Sequence record: AP029161.1
Source: a plasmid
DNA length: 64,000 nucleotides
Strand: one strand, 5' to 3'
Shown: piece after piece, positions 1 through 10,159 of the stretch
How the letters are laid out: each line of letters starts with the position of its first letter
Position numbering within the stretch: the stretch's first letter is position 1
The notes under the pieces: model-generated
What the model was told of the DNA's origin: nothing
Seen by the model: only the letters and a program-made list of their open reading frames with translations
The model's database searches: none
Made by a program: the position numbers and the translations under genes

Positions 1-132
1 TATAAAAATTACTAAGTCCTTTCAATCCTCTCGAAATTCAAACAATCCAACAACTTAAATATCTGTTCCAAATATTTCTCTTTAATATTAGCTATAATTT
101 GGTTTTTTATCTAATAATTTATTGGATTAATT

Positions 133-462
133 ATGCTAAATATTGAAGATTTTAACAAATATGATTTTTCTGACGTGCTTCGCTACATGAAAAAATACGT
201 AGATATTACCATCGAAGATGCAAAAGATGGGCAAATAAATGAAGCACTAGAAACCGTGAGCGTGGATGAAGTCATGCTTTTTATTGTAAATTATAATATC
301 AATGACGTTAAATATCGGAGCGAGGAGTTTTTAAGATTGTTGTCTATGTATTTAAACGAAGAAATCAAAAGCTATATTTTAAGCAAAGGTTTTAATGTTA
401 AAAATTCTTATTTTCTTAAAGATAAATTAGGGAATATCATTTTTAATATATTTGATAAATAA
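133..462 (+). CDS. hypothetical protein
   Basis: ORF track only; no recognisable motif. Confidence 0.35.
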   Translation: MLNIEDFNKYDFSDVLRYMKKYVDITIEDAKDGQINEALETVSVDEVMLFIVNYNINDVKYRSEEFLRLLSMYLNEEIKSYILSKGFNVKNSYFLKDKLGNIIFNIFDK

Positions 463-473
463 AAGATTCATTA

Positions 474-1238
474 TCACGCATAATCAAGTAATTTAGGCAA
501 ATTAATTTGGTGTAATTTTAACTCGTTCTCAATTTCATGTTTTAAAATTTCAAGCTTTTCTCCATGAGTATAGCCCATTATATTCTCAATTACTAGTTCA
601 TATTTATCATCACTAGATTGTAGAGTTCTATAATATAATTGCTTTAGGCATGAACCATCTATTTTTAAATATACTCTATTTGAATTGGTATCTAAGAATA
701 TTTTAAAATGACTAAAACCTTTTCCAGTATTTTCTGTTTCTATATCTAAATAAAAACTAGATATTTCTTTTTTATTTAAAGTTTCATTTATGTATTTCCC
801 CATATATTCACTAGCAGAAATAATTTTATGAACCTCACCCATTTTAGAGCTAAAATAAAATTCATAGAATTTCATATTATCAAAAGATAAATTCCATTTA
901 TTATTAATAAATTTACAAAAATAATACTCTCCTACTTTTATTGGAGAATTTTGATAATCTATTATATGTTTTGCATATTTTTTATCACTCAATAAATATT
1001 CCCAATTTGCTGGTTCCAAAATTTTTATAATGTGCAATTTTTCCATAGAGTTTTCATATAAAATAGGTTTATTTGTTTTATCATCTCGAATAGGTATTAC
1101 TGTATATTCTAAACCAATTGGATGGGTTAATGTTTTTACTTCTGGTATTCTAATATTATAATGAGTATCATTTTCTACAAAATGAATAAATCGTTGCCAT
1201 CTTTTTTCTGTCTCTAGTTCTACTAAGTACATTCTCAC
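474..1238 (-). CDS. hypothetical protein (254 aa)
   Basis: Long ORF. Its 5' end overlaps the small membrane ORF 1168..1488, so the true start may be an internal Met. Confidence 0.45.
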   Translation of the reverse strand: MRMYLVELETEKRWQRFIHFVENDTHYNIRIPEVKTLTHPIGLEYTVIPIRDDKTNKPILYENSMEKLHIIKILEPANWEYLLSDKKYAKHIIDYQNSPIKVGEYYFCKFINNKWNLSFDNMKFYEFYFSSKMGEVHKIISASEYMGKYINETLNKKEISSFYLDIETENTGKGFSHFKIFLDTNSNRVYLKIDGSCLKQLYYRTLQSSDDKYELVIENIMGYTHGEKLEILKHEIENELKLHQINLPKLLDYA

Positions 1239-1685
1239 TTTTTTTAGTTAATTTTTTAATTTTCTTAACTTCATTTTCTAATTTTTTATCCAAGTGTAAA
1301 GTTATAAATAAAAAAATTGAACCAATTACAAAATTGATAAGTAATTCAATTAAATCAAAATTATTTTTTAAATTTCTCAAATAATATAAAAAGAAAATTG
1401 CAATAAATATTAAGAGAATATATTTTTTTCTACAAATAAATTTCAAAATATTTAGAAATATTTTTTTTAATGCTTGTGTATTAATCACTATAATCCCTCT
1501 ATTTACAAATTTAACTGAAATTTATAAATTACATATAGATACATTTATGTCAATTCAACTAAATATATTTATTAATACGCAATAGAATAAGTTAATCTGA
1601 TTTCACCAAAAAAATTCTTAATTTTTGACATTAAAGGCTCCTTTTTTATTATGTAGCCTCTTAATTAGAGGCTACATTGTGCTTT

Positions 1686-2084
1686 TTACTTTTTAGAGTT
1701 TTCCCAAAATTCTTTTTTTCTTAAAGCAGCAATATACAAGGTATATAGTATTTTATATATTCTAGGATTTTGATCTGAGTTATAATCAAACATTGATAAT
1801 TCTTTTAAAAATCTATCAAGCCTATGAGATTCTAAATACTGCATAAAACCACTTCCCGATACAATTGAAATTAATAATTTATTTAACTCATGAATTCTCT
1901 CTGACATATTTTCGTCATACCTATCAGCATAAGCACCCCAGTTACTTTCTATTAATTCATTGACTAATCTAATACCTTCTATTTTATATTCCTCATGATT
2001 TTTATTTTGATGAAAGTTAAAGTCTTCAATCAGTAATGCTGTTGCAGTACAGTAAAAACGTGTGTCGAATGCTATTACGCTCAT
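1686..2084 (-). CDS. hypothetical protein
   Basis: ORF track. Confidence 0.4.
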   Translation of the reverse strand: MSVIAFDTRFYCTATALLIEDFNFHQNKNHEEYKIEGIRLVNELIESNWGAYADRYDENMSERIHELNKLLISIVSGSGFMQYLESHRLDRFLKELSMFDYNSDQNPRIYKILYTLYIAALRKKEFWENSKK

Positions 2085-2129
2085 AATTAATCCTTTTTAT
2101 ATTGTAGTATTATATTTATTTGCCGCTGA

Positions 2130-2504
2130 TTAAGCGGCTTTTTTATTTCCAAACACTGCATTAAATAGTTTATCTCTAATATCTAAATCAAACATGTCTT
2201 CAACATTATAAAAATCAAACTCTTTTTCATCGCAAAATAAATGTAATTCGTTTTCAAAATCACTTGATTCGTCGTATGTGATTTCATTGATTTTATATTT
2301 ACCAGTAAAATCAACCGCAACTTCATTGTCAAAATCATAGTATTCGTTAAAAAGATATATATATTTCATATCTTTTGATATAAATATTAATTGCTCCAAA
2401 CCATCAATCTTATCATCATAACAAGCTTCTTCGTAAATAAAGTCATTCGGAGATAAGTTTAACTCTGTTGATGCAAGATTAAAATAAGAATCTATTTTAT
2501 TCAT
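2130..2504 (-). CDS. acidic hypothetical early protein
   Basis: Start codon embedded in conserved leader CATTTCAGTTCTCCCTTTGGGAT (2502..2524). Confidence 0.5.
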   Translation of the reverse strand: MNKIDSYFNLASTELNLSPNDFIYEEACYDDKIDGLEQLIFISKDMKYIYLFNEYYDFDNEVAVDFTGKYKINEITYDESSDFENELHLFCDEKEFDFYNVEDMFDLDIRDKLFNAVFGNKKAA

Positions 2505-2715
2505 TTCAGTTCTCCCTTTGGGATTTGTGTTGATGTGAAACTTTTTGTCTCACATATAATTGTTTACATCCGTTTAAACATTTTGTCAAACATTTTAGTT
2601 GATTAATTTAAAATATTTTTTTTATTTTTGTTTGACAAAAATTTATTTACATGTAAATATTTATTTGTGGAACGATAGTCGACCACACTAAACAAATCCC
2701 TTAGGGAGAACTGAA

Positions 2716-3105
2716 ATGGTAAATAATAAGATTCTATTACCTCTTCGCAATATTAATTTATTGGATCTTAATCCAAATGATACTGTCATTTTTTCAAACG
2801 GTGAGCAAAGAAAAGTTAAAAAAGTACAAATAGATAATGAACAAAAGGTTTATTATTTTGATATAGAATTTGATAAAGCTATTAAACTTCATCCAGAATC
2901 AAGAACAAAATCAAAAAGTAATTTATTTTACATTGATGGCAAATACATAGAAGATGAAAACAACAATTGTGTGAACATTGTTTCAATTTTGCCTTGTAAC
3001 TCAGATCAGAAAATAACATCAAAATATGCACACTATTCTAAAGAAGAGTTGATCTTACAAATCGAGAACTTATTAAGAAGCACAAAAAAGCTTGCCTCAA
3101 ACTAA
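2716..3105 (+). CDS. hypothetical early protein
   Basis: ATG preceded by conserved leader CCCTTAGGGAGAACTGAAATG. Confidence 0.5.
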   Translation: MVNNKILLPLRNINLLDLNPNDTVIFSNGEQRKVKKVQIDNEQKVYYFDIEFDKAIKLHPESRTKSKSNLFYIDGKYIEDENNNCVNIVSILPCNSDQKITSKYAHYSKEELILQIENLLRSTKKLASN

Positions 3106-3126
3106 AAATTATTTGGAGAAATTAAA

Positions 3127-3354
3127 ATGAAAGCATCTCAAGCAATTGAACTTATGCAGATGATAATTGATATTTATGGAGATTGTGATTTTTGGATATT
3201 CAATGACACATACGGAGATCATAAAGTTCAATCCATCAAATTTGGAAAAAATAAATTAGGTAAAGACGTTGTGTTTCTTGACTTTGACGACAAAGAAGAT
3301 GGGAAAGATAAGGAATTTACATTAAAAGATTTAAATGAAGTTAAAGCATCTTAA
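3127..3354 (+). CDS. hypothetical protein
   Basis: ORF track; RBS-like gga 8 nt upstream. Confidence 0.4.
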   Translation: MKASQAIELMQMIIDIYGDCDFWIFNDTYGDHKVQSIKFGKNKLGKDVVFLDFDDKEDGKDKEFTLKDLNEVKAS

Positions 3355-3385
3355 TTAATTTAGATAATCAGAATGTAGGAATATC

Positions 3386-3652
3386 ATGAAAGTAACTAAT
3401 AAACACAAAGTAAAAAAAATTATTCAAAATATCTTTCTTATTTTAAGAAAAGACGCAAAATGTAGCAGATGTGAAAAAGATATTTTTAATATAATTCATG
3501 ATTTTCAAGCAAGATTAAATTCTAAGGATTTTGATTTAAAATTTAGATGTAAAAATTGCAAGCATGACTATGTAATGGGAATTAAATACAAAGCAATTGA
3601 TAAAATTATAGATAGAATTGACACAATTAATTACTATACAAATTTAAAATAA
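3386..3652 (+). CDS. small Cys-pair protein (CSRC..CKNC, zinc-ribbon-like)
   Basis: Two CxxC pairs in translation. Confidence 0.4.
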   Translation: MKVTNKHKVKKIIQNIFLILRKDAKCSRCEKDIFNIIHDFQARLNSKDFDLKFRCKNCKHDYVMGIKYKAIDKIIDRIDTINYYTNLK

Positions 3653-3895
3653 AGGATATTTCATGAATTCTGAAATTATAGTTATTTGTATATATTCTTT
3701 TCTCTTTTTACTTTATGTAGTTGCTCAAATAGTGTTTTTAGTAGGACTAAATGATATAAGAAAAATTTGTAGAAAGAGGAAATAATAGAAATGTTTTATC
3801 AAGACAATTTATGGCATTCGAGAAGAAAATTATGGACTAGTAGCAGCACTTTCAAAATTTTGCGAACTATATTCTAAAGACAAAAATCAAGAGCA

Positions 3896-4660
3896 ATGCT
3901 AATATTAGCATTGCTTACTAAGATTTATTATTTTGAAGGGAATTATATGAATTGCGTTAAAAATTCAAAGCTTCAAGAAAATTTAAATTACTTTACTGAT
4001 CATTTTTTAATTGTTGAATCGGATATTCATTTTGTAAAATCATTTTTATGCCGAAGAGAAAAAACAACCTCTTATGCATTTAGAGTTATATTTTCACAAA
4101 ACTATATAACTATTTATGGAGATATAGGTAATCTGTGCTTTAGTAATATCAATCATGATTTAAATGATAAAGACCCTTTGAATTGGCTTCTTTCAATCAA
4201 TAAAAGTAATATTGATTATTTAATGAGTAAAGTCCCTTTAGTATTCAAGTCTGCTGTTTTTGAGTTTTCAACTAATAAAGCATTAGAAAAACTTCGCGAA
4301 TTAGAATTAGATCTTGAAAATGAAATTAAGGAAGAAAAAGAGTTTGACGAAGATTTCGATTACTATGAAGATAAGATGTTTTTTCAAAGAGAAAATGAAA
4401 AAATAAAAGAGTATGAAGATAAAATTAAAAAAATACGAGTGCTTAAAAAGGACTTGATTGATTTATCAGAATTTGAGTTTGTTCAACGATATATCAATGA
4501 TTTAAACTTTACTAGCTTTACTGAAGGAGATATTTTTAAAGATTATACTAGCAATGCTTATATTACGGCGGCCGCTTTATTTAAATTCTGTGAATTATAT
4601 ATTGATTATAAAAATAATAAAATACAGTTTCAAAAGAATATTGCTAATAAACAAGCATAA
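3896..4660 (+). CDS. hypothetical protein (start possibly at internal Met 3947)
   Basis: ORF track. Confidence 0.4.
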   Translation: MLILALLTKIYYFEGNYMNCVKNSKLQENLNYFTDHFLIVESDIHFVKSFLCRREKTTSYAFRVIFSQNYITIYGDIGNLCFSNINHDLNDKDPLNWLLSINKSNIDYLMSKVPLVFKSAVFEFSTNKALEKLRELELDLENEIKEEKEFDEDFDYYEDKMFFQRENEKIKEYEDKIKKIRVLKKDLIDLSEFEFVQRYINDLNFTSFTEGDIFKDYTSNAYITAAALFKFCELYIDYKNNKIQFQKNIANKQA

Positions 4661-4688
4661 CAGATGTTTTAATTTGAAGGAGTAAATT

Positions 4689-5411
4689 ATGACTAAGGTT
4701 TTAATTTTAGATACTGAAACTACAGGACTCGATAAAAGATCTCATTCAATAGTTGAAGTTGCAGCTATTAGCGTTGATTTAAGGTATAAAAAAATTGAAT
4801 CACAAAGAGCTGGTTTAATTTACGCAGTAACTAATCTCGATTCTGAAAATTTAACTGGAATCACTCAAGAAATGCTTGATGGTGTTAAAAATGCTACTGA
4901 CGACCCATTTGATACAATAAAATTAATGGCTAACTATTGCGATTGCATTGTGGCTCATAATGCTGAATTTGATAAAGGATTCGTTGAAGCAAGAGGAATT
5001 ATTCTAAAGGGTAGGAACAATCTTCCTTTAGAATGGATTTGCTCTTATCGCGACCTTGAGTATGACCTTCCAACAATCAATAAAAAATTAGGGACACTTG
5101 CAGAGGCTTATAGCGTAAATTCAGGTGGAGCACATAGAGCATTAGCTGATGTTACTATGCTCGCTCAGGTCCTCTTTAAATTACCTAACATCGAAGAGCA
5201 AATTATTAGAGCAATTGAAAATAAGAAAAAGCCTGAGATAAAAATTATCTCGCTAGCACATTACGATAGAAAGGATGATGTAAAAAGGGCTGGCTTTAGA
5301 TGGGACCCACAAAATAGAATCTGGTGGAAAAGCATCAGAGCAGCTAATGAAAATGAATTAAGAAATATAATTGATATACTTGGGTTTGATGTGAAAATTT
5401 TAACTCATTAA
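4689..5411 (+). CDS. DEDDh 3'-5' exonuclease (DnaQ/epsilon-like) domain protein
   Basis: Motifs LDTETTGLD (Exo I), VAHNAEFDKGFV (Exo II), HRALADV (Exo III) in order. SD aaggag upstream. Confidence 0.75.
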   Translation: MTKVLILDTETTGLDKRSHSIVEVAAISVDLRYKKIESQRAGLIYAVTNLDSENLTGITQEMLDGVKNATDDPFDTIKLMANYCDCIVAHNAEFDKGFVEARGIILKGRNNLPLEWICSYRDLEYDLPTINKKLGTLAEAYSVNSGGAHRALADVTMLAQVLFKLPNIEEQIIRAIENKKKPEIKIISLAHYDRKDDVKRAGFRWDPQNRIWWKSIRAANENELRNIIDILGFDVKILTH

Positions 5412-5431
5412 TAATAATTTGAGGTTCAGTA

Positions 5432-5713
5432 ATGTTTGAATATTTAATATTAAATGATTATGAAATCAATAACAGAGTCCCAAGCAATGAAGATTGGGAA
5501 AAATATGGTGAATTCTTTAAATCAAATTGGTCTTCTGAAAATTTAAAAAATGTAGCACAAGAGTATTTTTCAAAAAAGCATGATGGAACAAATGATTTAT
5601 CCGAAAAAATCATATTTATAAAAGAAAATAAACTTTACTCAGAAACTAAAAAGTTTTCTGTAGAGGCAATACCTGTTTTAGAATTTCATGCTAGTGAAGA
5701 AGATTTAATATGA
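5432..5713 (+). CDS. hypothetical protein
   Basis: ORF track. Confidence 0.4.
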   Translation: MFEYLILNDYEINNRVPSNEDWEKYGEFFKSNWSSENLKNVAQEYFSKKHDGTNDLSEKIIFIKENKLYSETKKFSVEAIPVLEFHASEEDLI

Positions 5714-6132
5714 ATTTGAAGAAAAAAAATCGCAAAAGAAAAGAACTTACTGAACATCAAATTTTATCGATGAGTAGTGAAGAATGGCGTGCATATAAAA
5801 AAAGGCAATATCGAGCAAATAGAACTCCAGAGCAGCGAGAGAAAGAACTTGCTAAACGTAGGGTAAATAGACCTAAATTAAAAACAGGTAAAAAGGCTCC
5901 AGTTTGGTTTGTAGACTTATTAAAGCTTCCAAAGGGAAAATATTTAGCTAAAGATATTGCTAATAAATTAGGAATTTCAGACAGAAATTTGAAAATAGTT
6001 TTGCGCAAGAGAGGAATTGAACCAGCAGGAACTGAATTAATTGACGGCTATTATTGTGCGTATTATCTTACATCTCAATTTAAAAGTTTACCGAAAGAAG
6101 AAATTGAAGACGCTAAAGAAAAATTAAAATAA
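5710..6132 (+). CDS. basic Lys/Arg-rich hypothetical protein
   Basis: ORF track; 4-nt overlap with upstream gene. Confidence 0.45.
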   Translation: MNLKKKNRKRKELTEHQILSMSSEEWRAYKKRQYRANRTPEQREKELAKRRVNRPKLKTGKKAPVWFVDLLKLPKGKYLAKDIANKLGISDRNLKIVLRKRGIEPAGTELIDGYYCAYYLTSQFKSLPKEEIEDAKEKLK

Positions 6133-6136
6133 ATAT

Positions 6137-6445
6137 TTGACACTTTATTGTAAATATTTACTAGTCATGTTATTCTTTTATTTGTTGAATATATGGAGGT
6201 TTATCATGAACTTTATACAATTAGATTTATTTGGTTTAAGTGCAGTAGTAAAAAAAGTAATAGATAAGGTTTGCTACGAGTCCAGATATTTAATCGAAAA
6301 AGTAGGTGATATCTACTGCTGCTATGTTCAAAAAAGAAAAGGTAAAGGCCGTTGGTCTAAAAAAACTTTAGTTGATAAGTCAAAGAAATGTTTTCATATT
6401 GAATATGCTAGTAATGACTTGGGTTTAAAGTTAAAGGGTATTTAA
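6137..6445 (+). CDS. hypothetical protein
   Basis: ORF track. Confidence 0.3.
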   Translation: MTLYCKYLLVMLFFYLLNIWRFIMNFIQLDLFGLSAVVKKVIDKVCYESRYLIEKVGDIYCCYVQKRKGKGRWSKKTLVDKSKKCFHIEYASNDLGLKLKGI

Positions 6446-6706
6446 ATGTTCTTACATTCAAGAATATTTATTTTATCTTTATTTACTTCAATATTTTTAT
6501 CAACTATTTATTTAATAATTAGTTGCATAAAAGTCTCTTTTGATGTTCAACTTTTTAGACCTGACTATTTAAAATATTTATATTTTAATTTATTATTTTT
6601 TATACTAATTATTTCTTCAATTTATTCATTCGTGATATTTTGTAAAAGAAGAAGAGATAAAATAATTCTAAAAAATAGAAAAAAATTTAATGATGATTAT
6701 AACTAA
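6446..6706 (+). CDS. small membrane protein (two hydrophobic helices)
   Basis: Translation is mostly hydrophobic. Confidence 0.35.
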   Translation: MFLHSRIFILSLFTSIFLSTIYLIISCIKVSFDVQLFRPDYLKYLYFNLLFFILIISSIYSFVIFCKRRRDKIILKNRKKFNDDYN

Positions 6707-6725
6707 TTGAATTTAGGAAATATTA

Positions 6726-7049
6726 ATGGAAACAAAACACTCTGATAATGATGTAGATTATTTTGAAAATTTAACTAAAAAATATGATATTAATCCTTTG
6801 CTTTTTCATAAAGCTGTGAACGCTTTTCCAGAATTTATAGAAGCAATAAACCTAAGTGATGATCAAGCTAGGATCTGGGCTGAAAAACAGCAATATTCAA
6901 AAGCTTTAAGATTCTTTCTTAAAAGTAGATTTCCATTGGATTGGCAAAATATTGTGAATAAAATAATTAATAAAAATAATGAGCCTTTACTTGGAAATAA
7001 AGGAGAGATTCAAGTCGATATATTTACTGATAATGATAAATTGTCATGA
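6726..7049 (+). CDS. hypothetical protein
   Basis: ORF track. Confidence 0.4.
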   Translation: METKHSDNDVDYFENLTKKYDINPLLFHKAVNAFPEFIEAINLSDDQARIWAEKQQYSKALRFFLKSRFPLDWQNIVNKIINKNNEPLLGNKGEIQVDIFTDNDKLS

Positions 7050-7615
7050 GTGCATTTATTTTTGACAATTTTTACCGCTATTCTTCTATAATTAGTGCAT
7101 GGCCTGATGGCACATTTTTAATACCTCAAAGTACAGAAAAATACGATAAAAAATTAGATAAATACTTACGTGATAAATATTATTTAGAAGTATATTCCAA
7201 TAGCCCTTATTCTTACTTTATAAGTCCACACGAAAAAACATTAGAAAAAGCAGAAAGTAAAGCTTACAAGATATTCTTAAATTATTTGAATTGTAAAAAT
7301 CATGAATTTGAACGTCAAGATTATTTTAGAGGTACTGGAATTTGTCGTAAATGCGATTTATTTTCTTTTAATGCTTTTACACCTGTTTTTAGATGTGTAA
7401 TTTGCAATATTCCTACTGCTTATTGTCATGATGATGAATACAAATTTTATTGTGAGGGACACAAAGATCTTAATAAATCACAATACTTTGCTATCCTCCA
7501 AAACAATATGATGAGGTCTAAAAGATGTTATGAAAGGATTGCAGAAATAAATGATGAATATAATTTTGCACAATTTAATTATATGGTTGAGAGAATTTAC
7601 TTTGATAAAAGATAA
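7046..7615 (+). CDS. Cys-rich (zinc-finger-like) hypothetical protein
   Basis: CRKC..CVIC..C..CEGH cluster. Confidence 0.4.
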   Translation: MSAFIFDNFYRYSSIISAWPDGTFLIPQSTEKYDKKLDKYLRDKYYLEVYSNSPYSYFISPHEKTLEKAESKAYKIFLNYLNCKNHEFERQDYFRGTGICRKCDLFSFNAFTPVFRCVICNIPTAYCHDDEYKFYCEGHKDLNKSQYFAILQNNMMRSKRCYERIAEINDEYNFAQFNYMVERIYFDKR

Positions 7616-7641
7616 TTTTTCTTATTGAACGTAGAATCTGA

Positions 7642-7791
7642 TTAGTAATTGTGCCGAGGAAAATAAGGTGGCGGATCTTTTGGGGGATCGTAAATAGAAC
7701 ATCTTTTAGGATTTACCCAATGGCAAGGAAACCTATATTGTAAGACTAATAATCCTACTAACGATACAAGTACAAAAAAATATTTCTTCAT
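7642..7791 (-). CDS. 49-aa putative secreted peptide (MKKYFFVLVSLVGLLVL signal-like, Pro-rich C-terminus)
   Basis: Read by eye on minus strand. Below ORF-track size cut-off, and locally GC-richer than surroundings. Confidence 0.25.
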   Translation of the reverse strand: MKKYFFVLVSLVGLLVLQYRFPCHWVNPKRCSIYDPPKDPPPYFPRHNY

Positions 7792-7919
7792 TTGAACCTC
7801 TATTAGATTTTAGGAATTTATTTTTATAAGTATGGACAAACATTTATTAATTTATTATAAATGTTATGTCAATCGTTATCTCAAAAAGTCAATATGTGTT
7901 TTTATTCCTTTAGATAAAT

Positions 7920-8306
7920 TTGAAAGGAAATTTTATGGTTGCTAAAAAAACTAGAAAGTCAACTGCAAAAAAAACTGGAGCAAAAAAAGCGACTCGTAAA
8001 AAGTCAACTAGAAAAACGTCAGTAAAGAAAAAGAAGGTAGCTGGTAAAAAGACTACTAAGAGGAAAACTATAAAAAGAAAAACAGCAAAAAAGACAACTA
8101 AAAAGAAGACTACAGCAAAAAATAAAACTACTAAACGCGGTCGTCCAAAAAAAGCTGGAGCAAAAATAGCTAAAAAACGAGGTCGTCCTAGTAAATTAGA
8201 GAAATTAAAAAAGAAAACACGGACTAGAAAATCCAAGAAATCATCTTCAGAATCGGGTCCTGACGAATATACACAATCATTAAATGTAAATCTGATAACA
8301 AAATAA
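7920..8306 (+). CDS. histone H1-like, Lys-rich DNA-binding protein with two AT-hook-like KRGRP motifs
   Basis: Translation is K/A/T-repeat rich with KRGRPKK and KRGRPSK. The antisense ORF 7910..8236 is an artefact of low-complexity sequence. Confidence 0.55.
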   Translation: MKGNFMVAKKTRKSTAKKTGAKKATRKKSTRKTSVKKKKVAGKKTTKRKTIKRKTAKKTTKKKTTAKNKTTKRGRPKKAGAKIAKKRGRPSKLEKLKKKTRTRKSKKSSSESGPDEYTQSLNVNLITK

Positions 8307-8318
8307 GGTTAAATATAA

Positions 8319-8927
8319 TTGAAAAACTTACTGGATACAAATCATTTAAAAGTATGGATTAGTATATCTGGCTTAGGTAAGTTATGGTCCAATGAAGCAA
8401 AAAAACTAAGTGATGCTTGTAAAAATTTTAGCATCACATTTATATTCGGATTTATCATATCAACAGTAACAAAATTAGATTTAAGTTCACTATTCAATGA
8501 CTATTTGTTGATAATAATTTACATAGAATTATATTTGTCGCTAACTTTTATTATTTTTGATTTTCTTCATTTCTTTTTCCCTTTTATTTTTGCATTATTC
8601 ATCAAATGCGATTATGAGAAAAAAAGAAAATATTTTTTAAGTACCAGAGATAAATCTGATCTAATTGAAAAAGGATATTTGAATTATGATCGCGAAAAAG
8701 ATTATACAGAAAAAATAACTAATGAAACACGTGATTTATACTTTTATACCATAATACAGCAATCCTTCTTTCTTTCAAAAGTCTTTATATCTATTATAAT
8801 ATTTCTATTATTTATATTATTTATGTTCATTATTACTAAAATTTACTATTTTTGTGCTCCATTTTTAATACCAATAATAATATTTTTTTCTTTAAGACAC
8901 TTAAGAAATAAACATGACAATATATGA
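8319..8927 (+). CDS. polytopic membrane protein
   Basis: Multiple hydrophobic segments. TTG start assigned by ORF track. Confidence 0.4.
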   Translation: MKNLLDTNHLKVWISISGLGKLWSNEAKKLSDACKNFSITFIFGFIISTVTKLDLSSLFNDYLLIIIYIELYLSLTFIIFDFLHFFFPFIFALFIKCDYEKKRKYFLSTRDKSDLIEKGYLNYDREKDYTEKITNETRDLYFYTIIQQSFFLSKVFISIIIFLLFILFMFIITKIYYFCAPFLIPIIIFFSLRHLRNKHDNI

Positions 8928-8959
8928 ACTAAAATTTTATGAAAAGATAAAATATAAAT

Positions 8960-10060
8960 TCATTTTATAAACCGACTATACAGCTCTGATATTTTTCCAC
9001 CGCTTTGAAGAAAAAATGAATTTTTTTCGTTGCTATTTTCATGAATAAAATATTTGTATTTGTTTGTCTTATTTTTAAAATCATTTTTTAACTCATACTC
9101 AGCATCTTCTCTTGAATCAAAGTACTCAATAAATTCTGAAATATTTTCTACTCCGTGCTGAGGATAGGTTGAGTTAATCATTTCCAAAAAAAGATGTTTT
9201 AAAGAATTATTAATATAAAAATAAGAAGATACATATTCTCTTCTATAATATTTACTTTCATCTTTTTTAACCTGCAAAATAGAAGGAAGAGGAATGCCAA
9301 ACCTACCACCATCACACCATACCAAAATCAATTCACCAATTTTGGTTTCTTTGTATTTAATTGTTAAAATGTCGGTGTAAGATTTCTGATCGTTAAAAAC
9401 TAAAACCCAATTTTCAAAATATTCTCTATTAAATTTACTTTTCTCAGAAATTATTGAAAAATTAGGATCTGGTTCATAATAAAAATGCAGTTTAGTATCA
9501 TTTACATAATTGTATTTCCAATTATTTTTATCTTTAAGATAAGTCATTATTTTTTCATTTGGAGTTTTGTCGATATTAAATCTTTCACGGTACATGTCTT
9601 CTATTTGTTTAGGAGTTGCGCTTCCATTCTTTGGTGTATTGCTGCTGCCAAGTCTCGTGTAAACTACACCTGCTCTAATTGTATCTTTTCCTTGACCATA
9701 GTCTTGCGTTAGAAAATAAGGTTTATGATTTATGTTTTGAATTTGAATAATATCTATAGGATTATCTCTGTAATTTAAAGCAAATAACTTTATATTAGGA
9801 AGATTATTTAATCTTGCATTTTTTACTAAGTCCATTAAGTCATTTTCTTTTTTTCTCTTAATATCATTTTTAATATCAAAGAAATTTTTATCGTCATCAA
9901 CGCCAAAAATAAGATATTTATACTTGCTATCAGTTTTTGAATTTGCAAGACATAATATGTCATGAATTAAATCTGAATTATTTTTATGATATTCTCTTTT
10001 AAAATCTATAAATTCACATTCTTGATTATTAATCAATTGCTTAATTTCTTCGTGATTCAT
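8960..10060 (-). CDS. AlbA_2 / Schlafen-like (divergent AAA) DNA-binding domain protein
   Basis: N-terminal pattern EFIDFKREY..LANSK..YLIFGVDDD typical of the AlbA_2 domain. The C-terminal ~200 aa are unassigned. Confidence 0.55.
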   Translation of the reverse strand: MNHEEIKQLINNQECEFIDFKREYHKNNSDLIHDILCLANSKTDSKYKYLIFGVDDDKNFFDIKNDIKRKKENDLMDLVKNARLNNLPNIKLFALNYRDNPIDIIQIQNINHKPYFLTQDYGQGKDTIRAGVVYTRLGSSNTPKNGSATPKQIEDMYRERFNIDKTPNEKIMTYLKDKNNWKYNYVNDTKLHFYYEPDPNFSIISEKSKFNREYFENWVLVFNDQKSYTDILTIKYKETKIGELILVWCDGGRFGIPLPSILQVKKDESKYYRREYVSSYFYINNSLKHLFLEMINSTYPQHGVENISEFIEYFDSREDAEYELKNDFKNKTNKYKYFIHENSNEKNSFFLQSGGKISELYSRFIK

Positions 10061-10113
10061 TATTCCTCCAATAAATTTTAACTATATATTTTGTTTAAAA
10101 CTTTTCAACTAAT

Positions 10114-10127
10114 TTAGACAGTCCGTT
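10114..10127 (+). promoter_or_regulatory. late-operon motif TTAGACAGTCCGTT, copy 1 (upstream of terS)
   Basis: 33 nt before the ATG at 10160. TAAATT lies 17 bp after TTAGACA. Confidence 0.55.
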
Positions 10128-10159
10128 ACAAACCCAATAAATTATTTTTTGGGGGTGTT

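Noticed and set aside
1168-1488. 106-aa membrane-like ORF overlapping the start of 474..1238
   Set aside because: Could be real (two hydrophobic helices). It overlaps 70 nt of a longer gene in another frame and lacks a clear RBS, so it is left unannotated.
5757-6008. 83-aa minus-strand ORF overlapping 5710..6132
   Set aside because: Embedded antisense of a better-supported plus-strand gene
7910-8236. 108-aa minus-strand ORF antisense to the histone-like gene
   Set aside because: Low-complexity F/V-rich translation mirrors the K/A/T-rich sense gene. The sense gene has a start context and a coherent basic protein.
9485-9712. 75-aa ORF inside the AlbA_2 gene on the opposite strand
   Set aside because: Fully embedded antisense; no RBS; hydrophobic junk typical of AT-rich antisense frames
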